Positions 36,601 to 46,867 are shown, numbered from the stretch's first letter. The stretch is 64,000 nucleotides of DNA from a virus (IMGVR_UViG_3300033994_001756:1-64000); one strand, 5' to 3'. Notes: generated from the letters alone by a model not told the origin. Program-made: numbers and translations.

Positions 36601-38116
36601 TCCATTTAATGGAGTAAATTCTAGATTTACTTTATTTGCATCCCAAGAAAATTTCTTGCCTACAGGAACTATTGAAAATAACCAATATCCAAGTGAATCA
36701 AGTTTAATTGTAATTAAAGATGGAAAATTATTAGATCCTGGAGTAGATTACACTTTGCAAGGTGATATCAAGAATCAGATTGAATTTGCAGTTGCTCCTC
36801 TTTCAACTAGTGAAATTTCAGTTAGATCAGTTGGTGCTTTCTTGAAATTAAAAACTATTAATTCTGCTATTGGAACTTCATTTAACCTCCAAAAAGTTGA
36901 CAATACAGATTATTATCCAAACAAAGACATTGATAGACCTAGAAAATTTGAGAACCAAATCTTAGTCTTTAGAGATGGAACAATTCAAAGTCCTCTTTAT
37001 AACTATTATATTGATAATAACAAATTAATTTTTACGTCCAGTATTTCATCAAGCAAATTAGTTATACTAGATTTTAGAGGAGCTTCTTCTGATGTTAGCA
37101 TAGATGATATTGCATATCAAGTTTCGGTAGGTGACAAAATATTACTAGGTGGAGATCCTGATTTAAAAGTTGTCTCTTCTATATTGTCCCCAACTGTATT
37201 GACCGTGACTGCTTATATTGAAGCTGGTAAAACATATACTATTACCAAAGCAGGAACTAACTTTACTACATTTGGAGCTTCAAACAACAATGTAGGAACT
37301 ACATTTACTGCTACTGCTTCTGGAACTTCTAACGGAAATGCATATACTGTAAATACTAAAAGAGCATCTGGACTTGCGGTTACTAGTACTACGTCAAATG
37401 GAAAAGTTACTAATTTTTCCATTACAAATGGCGGAAGTAATTATGAAGATCCAGTTATCATCCGAACTAAAGGAATTGGTTATAATGCAACAGGAAGTGC
37501 TACGGTTGATATTACTGCTGGAAGCAAAGTAGTTGGTCCAGTAGAAATTGAATCTCAGGGATATAATCAATATTCCGCTCCTGTAGTAATACCTACTTCA
37601 TACTCATATTTGTATAAGCAAGTTCCGTTTAGTAACTCTGGAATTATGATAGCTACTAAACTAAATTCTGCAATAAATTCTGTTGATGAAATTATTACTA
37701 TTTCAAATTCAAATAGATTTGCATCTAGTGATATTCAAGTTGTTGCAACTTCTTCTACTGGTTCTGGAGCTTCATTTAGACCTTTCGTTAGCAACGGAAA
37801 GATAACTAAAGTAGAATTACTAAGTGGTGGTAGTAATTACAATGAATTAGATATATCTATTGATGTGATTAATGGAGGGGGATCGGGTTGTGTAATTGAA
37901 CCTGTACTAAACTCTTCTGGAAATATTATCTCAATAAATTTAAAAAATACAGGTGAAGGATATGATAGCTATAAAGTTATTATAAATTCTGAAATAATAG
38001 AATATACAACTGTTGACAATACTCAAACATACCCACGTTTATTGGGATGTACTAGAGGACCAAATTCAACATCACATGTTCAAAATTCCCTAGTATATTT
38101 TGATTCTGTTATCTAA
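30650..38116 (+). CDS. gp7: large baseplate wedge protein (cyanophage gp7-like)
   Basis: QLP.FV....P.F..FL..YY, IKSFYSSKGS; between gp6 and gp8; internal beta repeats. Confidence 0.75.
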   Translation: MNNLKEKIINISSLIEKQLPNFVSESNPKFISFLNSYYESQETKYSSLDLVNNLIDYYNIGSYTINSLVQHTNLQSSITNNSNTITVVSTNGFPDKNGYVSIDGEIIFYREKTPTQFLNCVRGTSAFVFESIPYSQVVYKQGAVASSHETSSQVVNIAYYFTQEFLKRIKSEISPNLPEVLSKDLNLITFLKNIKSFYSSKGSEESHKILFRILFNDKKVKVRLTPGGSGAVINILNYTGKIDTFNLVSGGSNYYYELNNGTLVSEPLIEIIGSGTGKKLPGEVVVPTSAQMKVTQMSAGGVIQQVSVVNEGANYVGPITAKVRPRTFIQDQKIYSVDANGVTNGTAKVDTWDSGTSELILYDVVGYFRVDDKIIGEGGESPRGIISKAYPVTDINREGNPAIEIISTDPTIEYPKNYVFRPSSAVFYEKIAIRCELLPSYSSVSNLDNVKLIELVQAKDSANNIPGTSLVVSEISKVSNTLYEFELQKSLNYKDLYIPSSTIVTSTVSNITSSSNSTITVASTFNFPTTNGKLFVNNAVINYQSKTNTQFLNCTLVGTGSVNVTTNNVVHLYGRNCLTSGNLTYFIKGYIDGDRNSTPILFRLHALPSAPIIENGGALYTKNVFELESPTLKLNKTILNAKQYSGGEIDEVIIENPGNNYKVNDKLIVNNAGNLGSGFSAQISSIVGKQLTAINFDVIDEQKCIIFTTNQDHDLEVGNKLKFSNILGNQVIFNVLSRTKFAIENTLNLTTLNLTNLTYITNSLTASGPISAINISNYGKNYSKLPEVIGFNSQNGAGALIQLNSSKVGKLTKFTYDSVGDELIGNRNTEYKIKIPNSAKIVNNFEVNSIQVLTGGNNYNSTLDKILVNGVVDPGYEFRIVAESGIIKEIIVLKSKYNLNSIPAITIQSQFGSGATFRAVLKRKQIKQGDILTFGTSTSSVKCEVVSFDPLTSTLEYYVISGNILSGDVIYDSLGFAYGKIQNINKASVYCKRSPYIRYSPKFLDNLGFISDASQKIINSDYIQDWSYTIASTRNTSEWKNQVLNNTHVSGYKVFGRHKIENKKEFFEAKEEVFNSSVIFKSTLSNLAKLNLDLSKSILQKIAITDVSTFAVSDVIYGSFSESYGIITAINENYITINTVSDTQFQFGEYVFKVPVEFILENSNTTKYGMSFYNGIFQEPFQSYYLTQTDYIPRFLVSSADAIVLQQLQTPFEVVDTTLIGNQVTLTKNLTPIVPTSKEQLIVSIDGVVQSQSSYTLSQNILNFNSVTITPEDNLIVLYHPKLKSLTFTGSGVNYTINYTPTSTSNLMIFANGVYQTHLAPISNYSSNTNQLTFSSSIVDPTTNLVGWYIDETVTCSIVDIGNINSRRIIDLKAVDLQKLTEYLETNSVKSPKSSYEITKDLLEGTVYTDNIDTVYGFDTKFMYSSPQYSSSYVEVLDPIIFNGTSYTYTLKYMDGNTYTPFNGKSNLIVNIGGNVLDPKKYTITGSNITFENLYIGTSSCTIIDFRSNFVANTPSNSKGLILDDLNVVQNGSRKTFNLSDRGVPQYVRHTADIFAVKNQTLLVPNSQSQTVSANKITLQQAPVASDITQLFYFNRQLSPAKTKNVVLDTWQCMNGVQKTWPLTRNGILFAPINVNNLLVCRNGVFQLPGVDYTVSGAYVTFDEAPEIIEDIVIIYSYNNINQNSYITSFTAIAQVSTVNLGLTPPNVYDLLVSRNGVIQNPTEDFTVSGSTLTFTSPVQALESVFIVYAHASEEIGISSITNSTIILSTAITSGQEDGLVIYVNGTPKFNNKDYTISNGNTVTLLNGVTVDPGTFPFAIKYVTSFIVDELGDCQNGTNQKFRLFYNQQNLVAADVASNADILVSKNGVILYPGVQYTINSERGMIIFSTPLNSTDVVFMIRMYNNQLITLSGTGTQYNLSDSILPSEENQLVIFAAKQWCTKEANDFTLQTINTINLSSTTAGSNLFAIKFDISFKLLDQIHTPFNGVNSRFTLFASQENFLPTGTIENNQYPSESSLIVIKDGKLLDPGVDYTLQGDIKNQIEFAVAPLSTSEISVRSVGAFLKLKTINSAIGTSFNLQKVDNTDYYPNKDIDRPRKFENQILVFRDGTIQSPLYNYYIDNNKLIFTSSISSSKLVILDFRGASSDVSIDDIAYQVSVGDKILLGGDPDLKVVSSILSPTVLTVTAYIEAGKTYTITKAGTNFTTFGASNNNVGTTFTATASGTSNGNAYTVNTKRASGLAVTSTTSNGKVTNFSITNGGSNYEDPVIIRTKGIGYNATGSATVDITAGSKVVGPVEIESQGYNQYSAPVVIPTSYSYLYKQVPFSNSGIMIATKLNSAINSVDEIITISNSNRFASSDIQVVATSSTGSGASFRPFVSNGKITKVELLSGGSNYNELDISIDVINGGGSGCVIEPVLNSSGNIISINLKNTGEGYDSYKVIINSEIIEYTTVDNTQTYPRLLGCTRGPNSTSHVQNSLVYFDSVI

Positions 38117-38157
38117 ATAAATAATCATACAAAAGACTAACTACAAGGATAAAACTA

Positions 38158-39759
38158 ATGCCTTCTTTAGTAACTGATAATTTTAGAGTGTTCGCAGCAC
38201 AGCAGTTCATAGAATCTCTTGATGAGCCTTACACTGGTGCATCTAAAGATGTAGATTCGTCTGCTAGTGCTCAAGCATATAGAAGTAAAATATATTTGTT
38301 TATTGGAAGATCTTATAACTGGAATGATGTAAACGGTACGATAAAAGAAAGGTATGGATTAGTTCCATCAGTAAGTGATCAAACACCACCAAATCCAGTT
38401 GATAATTTGGATGAATTGAATGAAATTTACGATGACATGATTGCAATTAAAAGAATTGAACGAGGTGATGTATCTGAAGTAATTCGTAAGCGAATTTGGC
38501 AATCTGGAATTGTATATGACATGTATAGGCATGATTATAGTCCTGCAAATCCAGCAAAAGCTTCATTGCAATCAAAATTATATGATTCAAATTTTTACGT
38601 GATGACCGATGATTTTCGTGTATATAAGTGCATTTATAATGGTCAAACTGCGCCTGGAGGAGCATATCCAAATGGAAAGCCATCAACGACAAAACCAACC
38701 GCAACTACTCCCACTATACAAACCACTAGTGATGGATATAGATGGAAGTACATGTATACTATAACTATCACAGATTATATTAAATTTGTTTCTACCGATT
38801 TTATTCCAGTCAAAATAGAGTCTGCTGTCACAAACGCTGCGGTCAATGGATCAATAGATCAAGTACTTGTTCAAAATGCAGGTTCAGGATTAACTATAAA
38901 TGGTAGTACCACTTCAGGAACTGTATATGCTAGCATTGATGGTAATGGTACTGGAGGAATTCTTGCAATTACTATTTCTGGTGGAGCGGTGACTTCAGCA
39001 GAAATTTCTGCAGTTGGTTCTGGGTATACATTTGGATATGTCGATCTATCAAAGTGTTACTCACAAAGTAATTTAAGTGGTTCTATAGTTGGACTAGGTG
39101 TAAATTCAAGTAGTGCTAAGATTCTTCCAATTATTTCACCTGCAGGTGGCCATGGTAAAAATGCAATATATGAATTAGGTGGATATAGAGTGATGATTAA
39201 TAAAAATATTGAATTTTTAGATGGCAATGGTGATATTCCAGTTAACATGGAATTTAGAAGATTTGGATTGATTGAAGATCCTCAAATTAGCAATTTAGAT
39301 TTTATTGAAACTACCGGAACAGTTTGCAAAGCAGTTAAATTTTTAAATACTACTCCTGAAACAACTACATTTTTAAACGGTCAAATTATAACTCAAACTA
39401 GAACAGTTGGAGGAATTACATATGAAGCAAAGGGAAGAGTTATTCATTGGGATCCAATAAATAAAGTTCTTAGATATTATCAAAATGAATATATTTCAGA
39501 AACTCAATCCACAACAAGTAAAAATAAATTAATTCAATTTACTGGAAATTCTATTATTTCTAGTGCGACTGCATCAGCTACTCCAGATTCTACATATACG
39601 GGATCCATCGCAGGACTCCCAGCTGTGCAATTTACAGATGGATATTTTACTTCTGAAATAACTCCATATAGTGGTAATATTCTGTATGTTGAAAATAGAA
39701 AACCAGTGTTTAGATCCAATGATCAAATTGAAGATGTAAAATTAGTTATTGAATTTTAA
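38158..39759 (+). CDS. gp8: baseplate wedge subunit gp8
   Basis: YDMYRHDY, VYKCIYN, DGYRWKYMY, EDVKLVIEF. Confidence 0.88.
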   Translation: MPSLVTDNFRVFAAQQFIESLDEPYTGASKDVDSSASAQAYRSKIYLFIGRSYNWNDVNGTIKERYGLVPSVSDQTPPNPVDNLDELNEIYDDMIAIKRIERGDVSEVIRKRIWQSGIVYDMYRHDYSPANPAKASLQSKLYDSNFYVMTDDFRVYKCIYNGQTAPGGAYPNGKPSTTKPTATTPTIQTTSDGYRWKYMYTITITDYIKFVSTDFIPVKIESAVTNAAVNGSIDQVLVQNAGSGLTINGSTTSGTVYASIDGNGTGGILAITISGGAVTSAEISAVGSGYTFGYVDLSKCYSQSNLSGSIVGLGVNSSSAKILPIISPAGGHGKNAIYELGGYRVMINKNIEFLDGNGDIPVNMEFRRFGLIEDPQISNLDFIETTGTVCKAVKFLNTTPETTTFLNGQIITQTRTVGGITYEAKGRVIHWDPINKVLRYYQNEYISETQSTTSKNKLIQFTGNSIISSATASATPDSTYTGSIAGLPAVQFTDGYFTSEITPYSGNILYVENRKPVFRSNDQIEDVKLVIEF

Positions 39760-39801
39760 AATAAATAATAAGAAGCACAAAAAAACTTGAAGGTTAAATA
39801 G

Positions 39802-42800
39802 ATGCAAAATACAGATCTTAGTTTGCAACCATACTTTGATGATTTTACTGAAGATAAAAAATTTTATAAGGTATTATTTAAGCCAAACTATCCTGTACAG
39901 GCTAGAGAGTTAACCACACTCCAGTCAATGCTACAATACCAAATTGAGAAATTTGGTCAGCATGTTTTTAAAGAAGGTTCAGTAGTTATTCCTGGTCAAA
40001 CAGGTTATAACACTCAATATAATGCAGTTTTAGTACAGCCAACTGTAAACTCTATTAGCTTTGAAACTATCAGGCAAAATTTAACTGAAAAAACTATTAG
40101 AGGATTGACTAGTAATGTAGTTGCTACAGTAGTTAATAGTATTAGTGCTCAGCAATCTGAAAAATTAACTCCTACATTATACATTAAATATATTTCTTCT
40201 GGAAATATTGTAAATGGAACACAGTTCACTAAATTTGCAAATGGTGAAACTTTAGTTGATGAATTTAATAACCCAGTGGCAGTTACAGTATCCCAAAATG
40301 CAACTGATTATGTTGGAAGTGCTGCGTATATCACCGAAGGAGTATATTTCATTAGGGGATTTTTTGTAACTGTTCCACAACAAACTATAATATTAGATCA
40401 GTATTCAAATTTTCCGTCATATAAAATTGGGTTATCAGTACAAGAATCTATTGTAACTGCAGAAACAGATTCTAGCTTATATGATAATGCTGTTGGATCT
40501 TCAAATTATACTGCACCGGGAGCAGATAGACTTAAAATTGATGCAGTATTAACAAAACAAGATATTAATTTTGGATCTGATTCATCATTCATTGAACTTC
40601 TTAGATTAGATAAGGGGAAATTAGTTGAACAAGTTCAAGCTTCAGTTTATGATGAATTAGAAAAGAATTTAGCCAGAAGAACTTATGATGAATCTGGAAA
40701 CTATACTATTAACGATATTAATCTAAAAATTCGTGAAACTTATAATGATGGAAAAAACAATGGGGTATATAAGTTAAATGATACTCTTTCAGATGGAAGA
40801 AAAGTATTAAACAGGCAACCAACTGCAGAAGACGGTAATGCAATCAATGGCTTAGACTATTATACAATTGAATTAGATCCATTAAAAGCATATGTAAAGG
40901 GATATGAGATTAATAATACTAGCAAAAAATATCTGACCGTAGAAAAACCTAGATCATCACTATCTTTAAATAATCAAGGTATTTCTTCAATTTTTGGTAA
41001 CTATTTTACATTAAAAGTTAGTACAATTACCGGTGGAGTAATTCCAACTGGGACTACAATTCAGTTATTAAATTCTGGAACTCAAATTGGGCAATGTAGA
41101 TCATTGTCATTAATTTCTGGAGGAAGGTTATTTGTATGTGATGTCAGTATGTTTTCTGTCATCACTACATCTGAAGCTACCCCAAACGTAATAGTAGGAG
41201 ACTTTATCTTTGGCTCAAATGGAAGTCAAGGAGTAGTTCATGGAGTAAATGGTAATGTTATTACTGTAAGGCAAACTACTGGAGATTTTTCAGCAGGGGT
41301 ATCTTTTACCAATAGTAATAATTCTAGCACCCATATTGTAGCTACTGCAGTAAATAATAAGATTGAAAACATAACTTCAATTCTTGCTTCCGGTGGTGCT
41401 ACTGCACAATTAGAACTTGAACAAGTTTCAATTTCTGGATCTTCATTTGTAGTAACAACTAATGTATTAACTGGAACTTCTACTCAATTTTCTAGAGATT
41501 TGAAAGCTGGAATGAAGCTTCAGATCGGAACTAATATTGCAACAATTCAATCAATTTCAGGAGAAAGCGTAACTTTATCCACTGGAAGTATTGCAAACGG
41601 AACTTACTATTCAGTAAAAAAATTAGTTCCAAAATTAAATACATTTGGAGCTAATTTTTTCTCTAGATTTCCAAACACAGTTAAATCAACTTCAGATTTA
41701 TCATATTATAAAACTATAAACGAAACTAAAACTGTTTCTAACGGAGCTGGTGGTTTAGGTAGCGTGACTATCTCAACTACATCCGATTATGCTATTTCCA
41801 CTGCAGATATAAGTGTATCAAATTCATCTGGAAGTGTTAGTTATACAATAAGTTCTTCATCTCAACCAAGTAGTATAAATTTAGTTGTAAGCAGTTCTTT
41901 AATTAACACTTCTGTTTTAGTTACATATAAAGTAAAAGTAAATAATCCAACATTAAAAACTAAAACCTCAAATAAATTTAGTTGTTTACTTGTAGATAAA
42001 CAACAAAATAGTACTAATACCAAATATGGTACTAGAATTTCAGATAAAGAAATTTCATTAAAATTTTCTGATGTTTATCAAATTCATGCCATTCATGAAG
42101 CAATATCATCATCTGATGCCAATACTAATTTATTTGATAGTGTAGTTGTAAATGATTCAAGCCTACTTCAACTTGGTGATATTATATACTATGAGTCGGT
42201 CAGTGCTAGAATTATTTCTATCAGTGGAAATACATTATACATTAAATACTTGTCTTCTGATAAATTCCCAACTACATTCTCCCAGGCACTTCAAATTGTA
42301 ATTGCAGGAGATTCTAATATACAAGGTAAATTTATTACTTCGGTTTCGAATGGAACCTACAGAGATATTACAAATAACTTTAACTTAGTAAAAAATGATT
42401 CTACTGAATTTTATAATATTTCTAAGTTAGTTAGAAATGAAGGAAGACCAGTACCTACAAATAAATTTATTGTAATATTTGATTATTATATTCATTCTAA
42501 CACTTCAAATGATTTCTATACTGCAAATTCATATAATTTTAGTGAGGAGCCATTTGCTACTATTCCGACAACTTATGACGGAATTCCATATACAGATATT
42601 GTAGATTTTAGATATGAAACTACAGCCTCTTCAGTTGCTGGAACTTCTGGCACATTAACATCTCCATTTGTGGAAACTAATTCTGCGTTTGATTTATTCA
42701 GTTCTACTTCTCTTGCAAATAGAGTAGTTTCTACCTTTACATATCCAGGAGAACTTATTAGTGCTGATTATGATTACTACCTTGGAAGGATTGATAAAAT

Positions 42801-45800
42801 TTTTATAGATGAAAACAATAATTTACTAGCACTAAAAGGATCTGAATCAAACTCACCACAAGAGCCTCAGGAAATTCAAAATTCGCTGTTATTGGCTACA
42901 GTGACAATTCCCCCATATATGAAAGATGTTTCCTTGGCTGGCATTAAAATTAGTCAGCAGAAACGTTATACGATGAAAGATATTTCGTCAATTGACAGGA
43001 GACTGGAGACTGTAGAAAATTTAACTTCATTAAATTTATTAGAAGTTGGAACTAACAGTTTACTAATACTTGATGAGTTCGGTAATAATAGATTTAAAAC
43101 AGGATTTGTTGCTGATAATTTTAAAACTACTGATTTCGCAGACTTAAACAACGTCAGATATACTGCTTCTATTGATACTGAAAATGCAATATTGAGACCT
43201 TATCCATATGCAACCAAACTTGGAGTAAACTACGATAGTACTTCAACTACAACTAAGACCGGATCAATTGTAACTTTACCATATACAGAAACTGAGTATA
43301 TTAAACAGCAGTATGCAAGTAGAGTAGAAAATTTACAGCCATTTGAAGTCATTTCTTGGAATGGAGAAATTACTCTTCAACCAAATAAAGATGTGTGGTT
43401 TGATACGGTTAGAACCGAAACAAATACTCAACAAATAGATTTAACTACTCCATTTAGAGCATTATTTGATCGTACCACTGCATTAGCTGATCAATGGAAC
43501 ACTTGGAATACAACTATTGCCCCAAGACTTCAAGTTGCTGGTGGAACTTTAGCTGCGAGTAATACTGGATCTGTAGATAACACATTTACAACATTTACCC
43601 AAGATATTGAAGTCGGAGATAGTATTAATAGTATTGAAGTTAATAGATTTGTTCGTTCTAGATTGGTTTATTTAAAAGCTTCTAAGCTAAAAGCCAATAC
43701 TGTAATGCATTTCTTTGTAGATGAAGTATTGCATGATGAGATGATATTCCCACTTGATATGACTGGCATGACTGAAAGAACGGGTGCCTTTGTGGTTGGC
43801 GAAAAAGTATTTTTATCAAATACTAGTACTGTAACTTCACCTCCTGCATCATCTACTATAGAAGCTACCGTAGTTGAATCTTCACTTGGAAATTATACTT
43901 CATCCAGTACATATTTGTCAATAGATCCGCCAACTACTTCAGATAGAACTCAACTAAATCCCACTCTATTAAATTCTACGTATTATGTGATTGGAGAAAC
44001 CTCCAAAGCTGTTGGCAAAGTAACTTTAGTTAATTCAGCTAGAGTTAAAACTGATGCTTTTGGAAATTTACTCACATTTTTAATTATCAAACCAGACACA
44101 TTTGAAACTGGCAATTTATCATTTAAAGTTTGCGATCAAATTACAGGAACTTCAATTTATGGTATCTCTGAAACTAGTGCGGTAACTACATATGATACTC
44201 TTGGAACTACTGTAAATCTAACAAGCAACGTTATGTCGCTTGATTTACCAAACATTTCTTCTGGACCGATTAGAGGAACTACAGTAACATTTATTCCATT
44301 CCCACCACCACCACCTCCAGCTGGAGGAGGAGATCCAGTAGCTCAATCATTTTATGTAGATTCTCAAGGTGGAGTATTCCTGTCTTCAATTGATCTATAT
44401 TTCCAGTCAAAAGATTCCACAACTCCAGTTTCAATCGAAATTAGAACTATGGAAAATGGAACTCTCACCAGCACAGTAGTTCCAAATTCAGTTGCTGTAG
44501 TTCAAGCATCAGATGTTAAGATTTCTTCTGATGCATCACTAGCTACAAAATTTACTTTCCCATCTTTAGTATATTTAAATCAAGATACTTATTATGCATT
44601 CATGGTAAGAAGTGATTCAAAATTATATAAAATTTGGATTTCTAGGTTGAATGGTACTGATGTTACTACTTCTTATGCTATTGATAAGCAACCATATTCT
44701 GGATCACTATTCAAGTCACAGAATATGTCCACTTGGACTCCAGATCAATTTGAAGATGTCAAGTTTACCATTAATCGAGCAAAATTTGCCACCAATTCAA
44801 CATATACCTGTGTATTAAATAATGATCCAATTTCAGATGCATATTTAATTCAAAGTCCATTGAAACTGACTTCAAACTCAAGTGTAATTGAGGTATTCCA
44901 ACCAAACCACTGTATGAATACTAATCAAAATTATGTTAAACTTTCTGGAATAACTTCAGATGCACCACCAACAGTATTAACTAGTTCTGGAGGAATTACA
45001 ATAACATATATTGGAAATATTTCAGTAGGAAATGCATCTTCAGCTACTTGGCAAACAATTAATGGATCTCCAGTTAGCGAATCTAATCCTGGATATGTAA
45101 TGATAGATAATGAAATTATGAAATATACTTTGGTATCAGGAAATACGTTACGTATATCAGAAAGAGGTCTTGCAGGAACTACTGCAACTGCACATTCATC
45201 AAATTCACCAGTAATGTGTTATAATTTAAATGGCATTCCACTCATTGAAATAAACAGAGTTCATAAAATAACAGAAGTAATTGATTTCGATAATTATAAA
45301 ATTTCTACTGCAAGTAAAGCATCCTCAAACTTAAGGAGTGGTGGCGATACTGCAAAAGCATCTAGAAATATTCAATATGAGGAATTGTATCCAAATTTAA
45401 ATAATTTGGTTCTTCCTTCTACAGATATGACAGTAACATTTTCTAGTATAAGTGGAAGTTCATTATATGGACCTGCAAATTCATTTGCTCAATTAAATGA
45501 AGAGTCTATAGAAAATAAACAATATTCTAAAATGAATTCTTCTAGATTGATTGCATCTGCACAAAATACTGCAGTATATTATCCTGGATATCCATATACT
45601 TTAAAATTAAATGTTAAAATGTCTTCTGAATTGGATAATGTAAGTCCACTATTAGAATTATATGGCTCCTCATTGACTACCGTATCAAATAGATTGAGCA
45701 AAAAAGTTATAGATAATGTTATTGATGTATCTGCAGAGTTAACTCCATCTTCTGGTTTCTATTCATCATATATAACTAAAAAAGTGACATTACAAGGAGT

Positions 45801-46113
45801 ATCTACTTCAATCAAAGTATTTTTTGATGCAGTCAGAACTCAAGGTTTAAATGGAACTTATTCTGATATAAAGGTATTTGTTAGAACAGTAGGGGATGGA
45901 AATTTAGGGTCATTTAATGAAGCTGGTTATGTAGAGGTTCCCGCAGTATCATATCCAACATCCTCAAATTTTAATGACTATAAAGCATTTGAATTTGAGT
46001 TAAAGAATCTCTCAGAATTTAAACAATATGCTATAAAAGTTTGCATGATTGGTGACGATCAAACTAATAATATTAAAATCAGAAACCTTAGAGCTATTTC
46101 TCTCGCAGTTTAA
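39802..46113 (+). CDS. VrlC-like/DUF4815 virion structural protein
   Basis: PYFDDF...FYKVLFKP.YPVQARELT, APGADR, RRTYDESG.Y, DPVAQSF. Confidence 0.8.
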   Translation: MQNTDLSLQPYFDDFTEDKKFYKVLFKPNYPVQARELTTLQSMLQYQIEKFGQHVFKEGSVVIPGQTGYNTQYNAVLVQPTVNSISFETIRQNLTEKTIRGLTSNVVATVVNSISAQQSEKLTPTLYIKYISSGNIVNGTQFTKFANGETLVDEFNNPVAVTVSQNATDYVGSAAYITEGVYFIRGFFVTVPQQTIILDQYSNFPSYKIGLSVQESIVTAETDSSLYDNAVGSSNYTAPGADRLKIDAVLTKQDINFGSDSSFIELLRLDKGKLVEQVQASVYDELEKNLARRTYDESGNYTINDINLKIRETYNDGKNNGVYKLNDTLSDGRKVLNRQPTAEDGNAINGLDYYTIELDPLKAYVKGYEINNTSKKYLTVEKPRSSLSLNNQGISSIFGNYFTLKVSTITGGVIPTGTTIQLLNSGTQIGQCRSLSLISGGRLFVCDVSMFSVITTSEATPNVIVGDFIFGSNGSQGVVHGVNGNVITVRQTTGDFSAGVSFTNSNNSSTHIVATAVNNKIENITSILASGGATAQLELEQVSISGSSFVVTTNVLTGTSTQFSRDLKAGMKLQIGTNIATIQSISGESVTLSTGSIANGTYYSVKKLVPKLNTFGANFFSRFPNTVKSTSDLSYYKTINETKTVSNGAGGLGSVTISTTSDYAISTADISVSNSSGSVSYTISSSSQPSSINLVVSSSLINTSVLVTYKVKVNNPTLKTKTSNKFSCLLVDKQQNSTNTKYGTRISDKEISLKFSDVYQIHAIHEAISSSDANTNLFDSVVVNDSSLLQLGDIIYYESVSARIISISGNTLYIKYLSSDKFPTTFSQALQIVIAGDSNIQGKFITSVSNGTYRDITNNFNLVKNDSTEFYNISKLVRNEGRPVPTNKFIVIFDYYIHSNTSNDFYTANSYNFSEEPFATIPTTYDGIPYTDIVDFRYETTASSVAGTSGTLTSPFVETNSAFDLFSSTSLANRVVSTFTYPGELISADYDYYLGRIDKIFIDENNNLLALKGSESNSPQEPQEIQNSLLLATVTIPPYMKDVSLAGIKISQQKRYTMKDISSIDRRLETVENLTSLNLLEVGTNSLLILDEFGNNRFKTGFVADNFKTTDFADLNNVRYTASIDTENAILRPYPYATKLGVNYDSTSTTTKTGSIVTLPYTETEYIKQQYASRVENLQPFEVISWNGEITLQPNKDVWFDTVRTETNTQQIDLTTPFRALFDRTTALADQWNTWNTTIAPRLQVAGGTLAASNTGSVDNTFTTFTQDIEVGDSINSIEVNRFVRSRLVYLKASKLKANTVMHFFVDEVLHDEMIFPLDMTGMTERTGAFVVGEKVFLSNTSTVTSPPASSTIEATVVESSLGNYTSSSTYLSIDPPTTSDRTQLNPTLLNSTYYVIGETSKAVGKVTLVNSARVKTDAFGNLLTFLIIKPDTFETGNLSFKVCDQITGTSIYGISETSAVTTYDTLGTTVNLTSNVMSLDLPNISSGPIRGTTVTFIPFPPPPPPAGGGDPVAQSFYVDSQGGVFLSSIDLYFQSKDSTTPVSIEIRTMENGTLTSTVVPNSVAVVQASDVKISSDASLATKFTFPSLVYLNQDTYYAFMVRSDSKLYKIWISRLNGTDVTTSYAIDKQPYSGSLFKSQNMSTWTPDQFEDVKFTINRAKFATNSTYTCVLNNDPISDAYLIQSPLKLTSNSSVIEVFQPNHCMNTNQNYVKLSGITSDAPPTVLTSSGGITITYIGNISVGNASSATWQTINGSPVSESNPGYVMIDNEIMKYTLVSGNTLRISERGLAGTTATAHSSNSPVMCYNLNGIPLIEINRVHKITEVIDFDNYKISTASKASSNLRSGGDTAKASRNIQYEELYPNLNNLVLPSTDMTVTFSSISGSSLYGPANSFAQLNEESIENKQYSKMNSSRLIASAQNTAVYYPGYPYTLKLNVKMSSELDNVSPLLELYGSSLTTVSNRLSKKVIDNVIDVSAELTPSSGFYSSYITKKVTLQGVSTSIKVFFDAVRTQGLNGTYSDIKVFVRTVGDGNLGSFNEAGYVEVPAVSYPTSSNFNDYKAFEFELKNLSEFKQYAIKVCMIGDDQTNNIKIRNLRAISLAV

Positions 46114-46117
46114 AATT

Positions 46118-46351
46118 ATGAAAAAATTAATGGTAGATGGGCATCCAGGTCTTTATAGAGATACCGAAAGTGGTGCTATAATAAATGATAACTTATATGA
46201 ATATGAATCATATATGAAAAGTTATGAAAATCGAAAAAATAAATTCGATAAAATTAATCAAATTGAGAATGATCTACATGATTTAAAATCTGAAATGACT
46301 CAAATTAAAAATTTACTATTAGAATTAAATGAACGATCTACCATTAACTAA
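46118..46351 (+). CDS. hypothetical coiled-coil protein
   Basis: VDGHPGLYRD..SGAIIN; ATG 46118. Confidence 0.7.
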   Translation: MKKLMVDGHPGLYRDTESGAIINDNLYEYESYMKSYENRKNKFDKINQIENDLHDLKSEMTQIKNLLLELNERSTIN

Positions 46352-46487
46352 ACAGTTTACTCTTCAAAAAATTTATAATGATATAGATACTTTGAATGAA
46401 GAAGAAGCCAAAAAAATAGCGAAGGAATTTGCTAAATTATATCATATGCAACAGCATGTAGTGGCAAATTTATTAATTAAGAAATAG
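46329..46487 (+). CDS. NblA-like small helical protein (52 aa, not in ORF track)
   Basis: MNDLPLTKQFTLQKIYNDIDTLNEEEAKKIAKEFAKLYHMQQHVVANLLIKK. Confidence 0.55.
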   Translation: MNDLPLTKQFTLQKIYNDIDTLNEEEAKKIAKEFAKLYHMQQHVVANLLIKK

Positions 46488-46495
46488 TCTATTAT

Positions 46496-46503
46496 TATAA
46501 ATA
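46496..46503 (+). promoter_or_regulatory. late promoter
   Basis: TATAAATA, T4 consensus. Confidence 0.8.
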
Positions 46504-46534
46504 ATATTGAAATCTATATTCTAGTGGCTTTTTC

Positions 46535-46867
46535 ATGGCAGCGGTAAAAAATTTATCGGTTGATCAGGGAACTGATTTCAATGCACAGCTCACGGTATAT
46601 GATGATAACAATGCGCCCTGGAATTTAACTGGGTACACGGCTTCTGCTAAAATAAAAAAATCATATTATAGTTCTACTTCTGTTGCATTTAATGTAACTT
46701 TTAACTCGAATAGAACTACTGGTATTATTATCATTGCTCTTACTTCTGCACAAACTTCTTCTATGGAGCAAGGAAGATATTTATATGATATAGTAATCGA
46801 AGATTCTTCCGGAAAAAAAGTTAGAGTAATAGAAGGAATCATTACCATTAATCCAGGAGTAACATGA
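46535..46867 (+). CDS. virion structural protein (BppU-N-like)
   Basis: NL.VDQG.DF, NLTGYT, GRYLYD, RVIEG...PGVT. Confidence 0.7.
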   Translation: MAAVKNLSVDQGTDFNAQLTVYDDNNAPWNLTGYTASAKIKKSYYSSTSVAFNVTFNSNRTTGIIIIALTSAQTSSMEQGRYLYDIVIEDSSGKKVRVIEGIITINPGVT

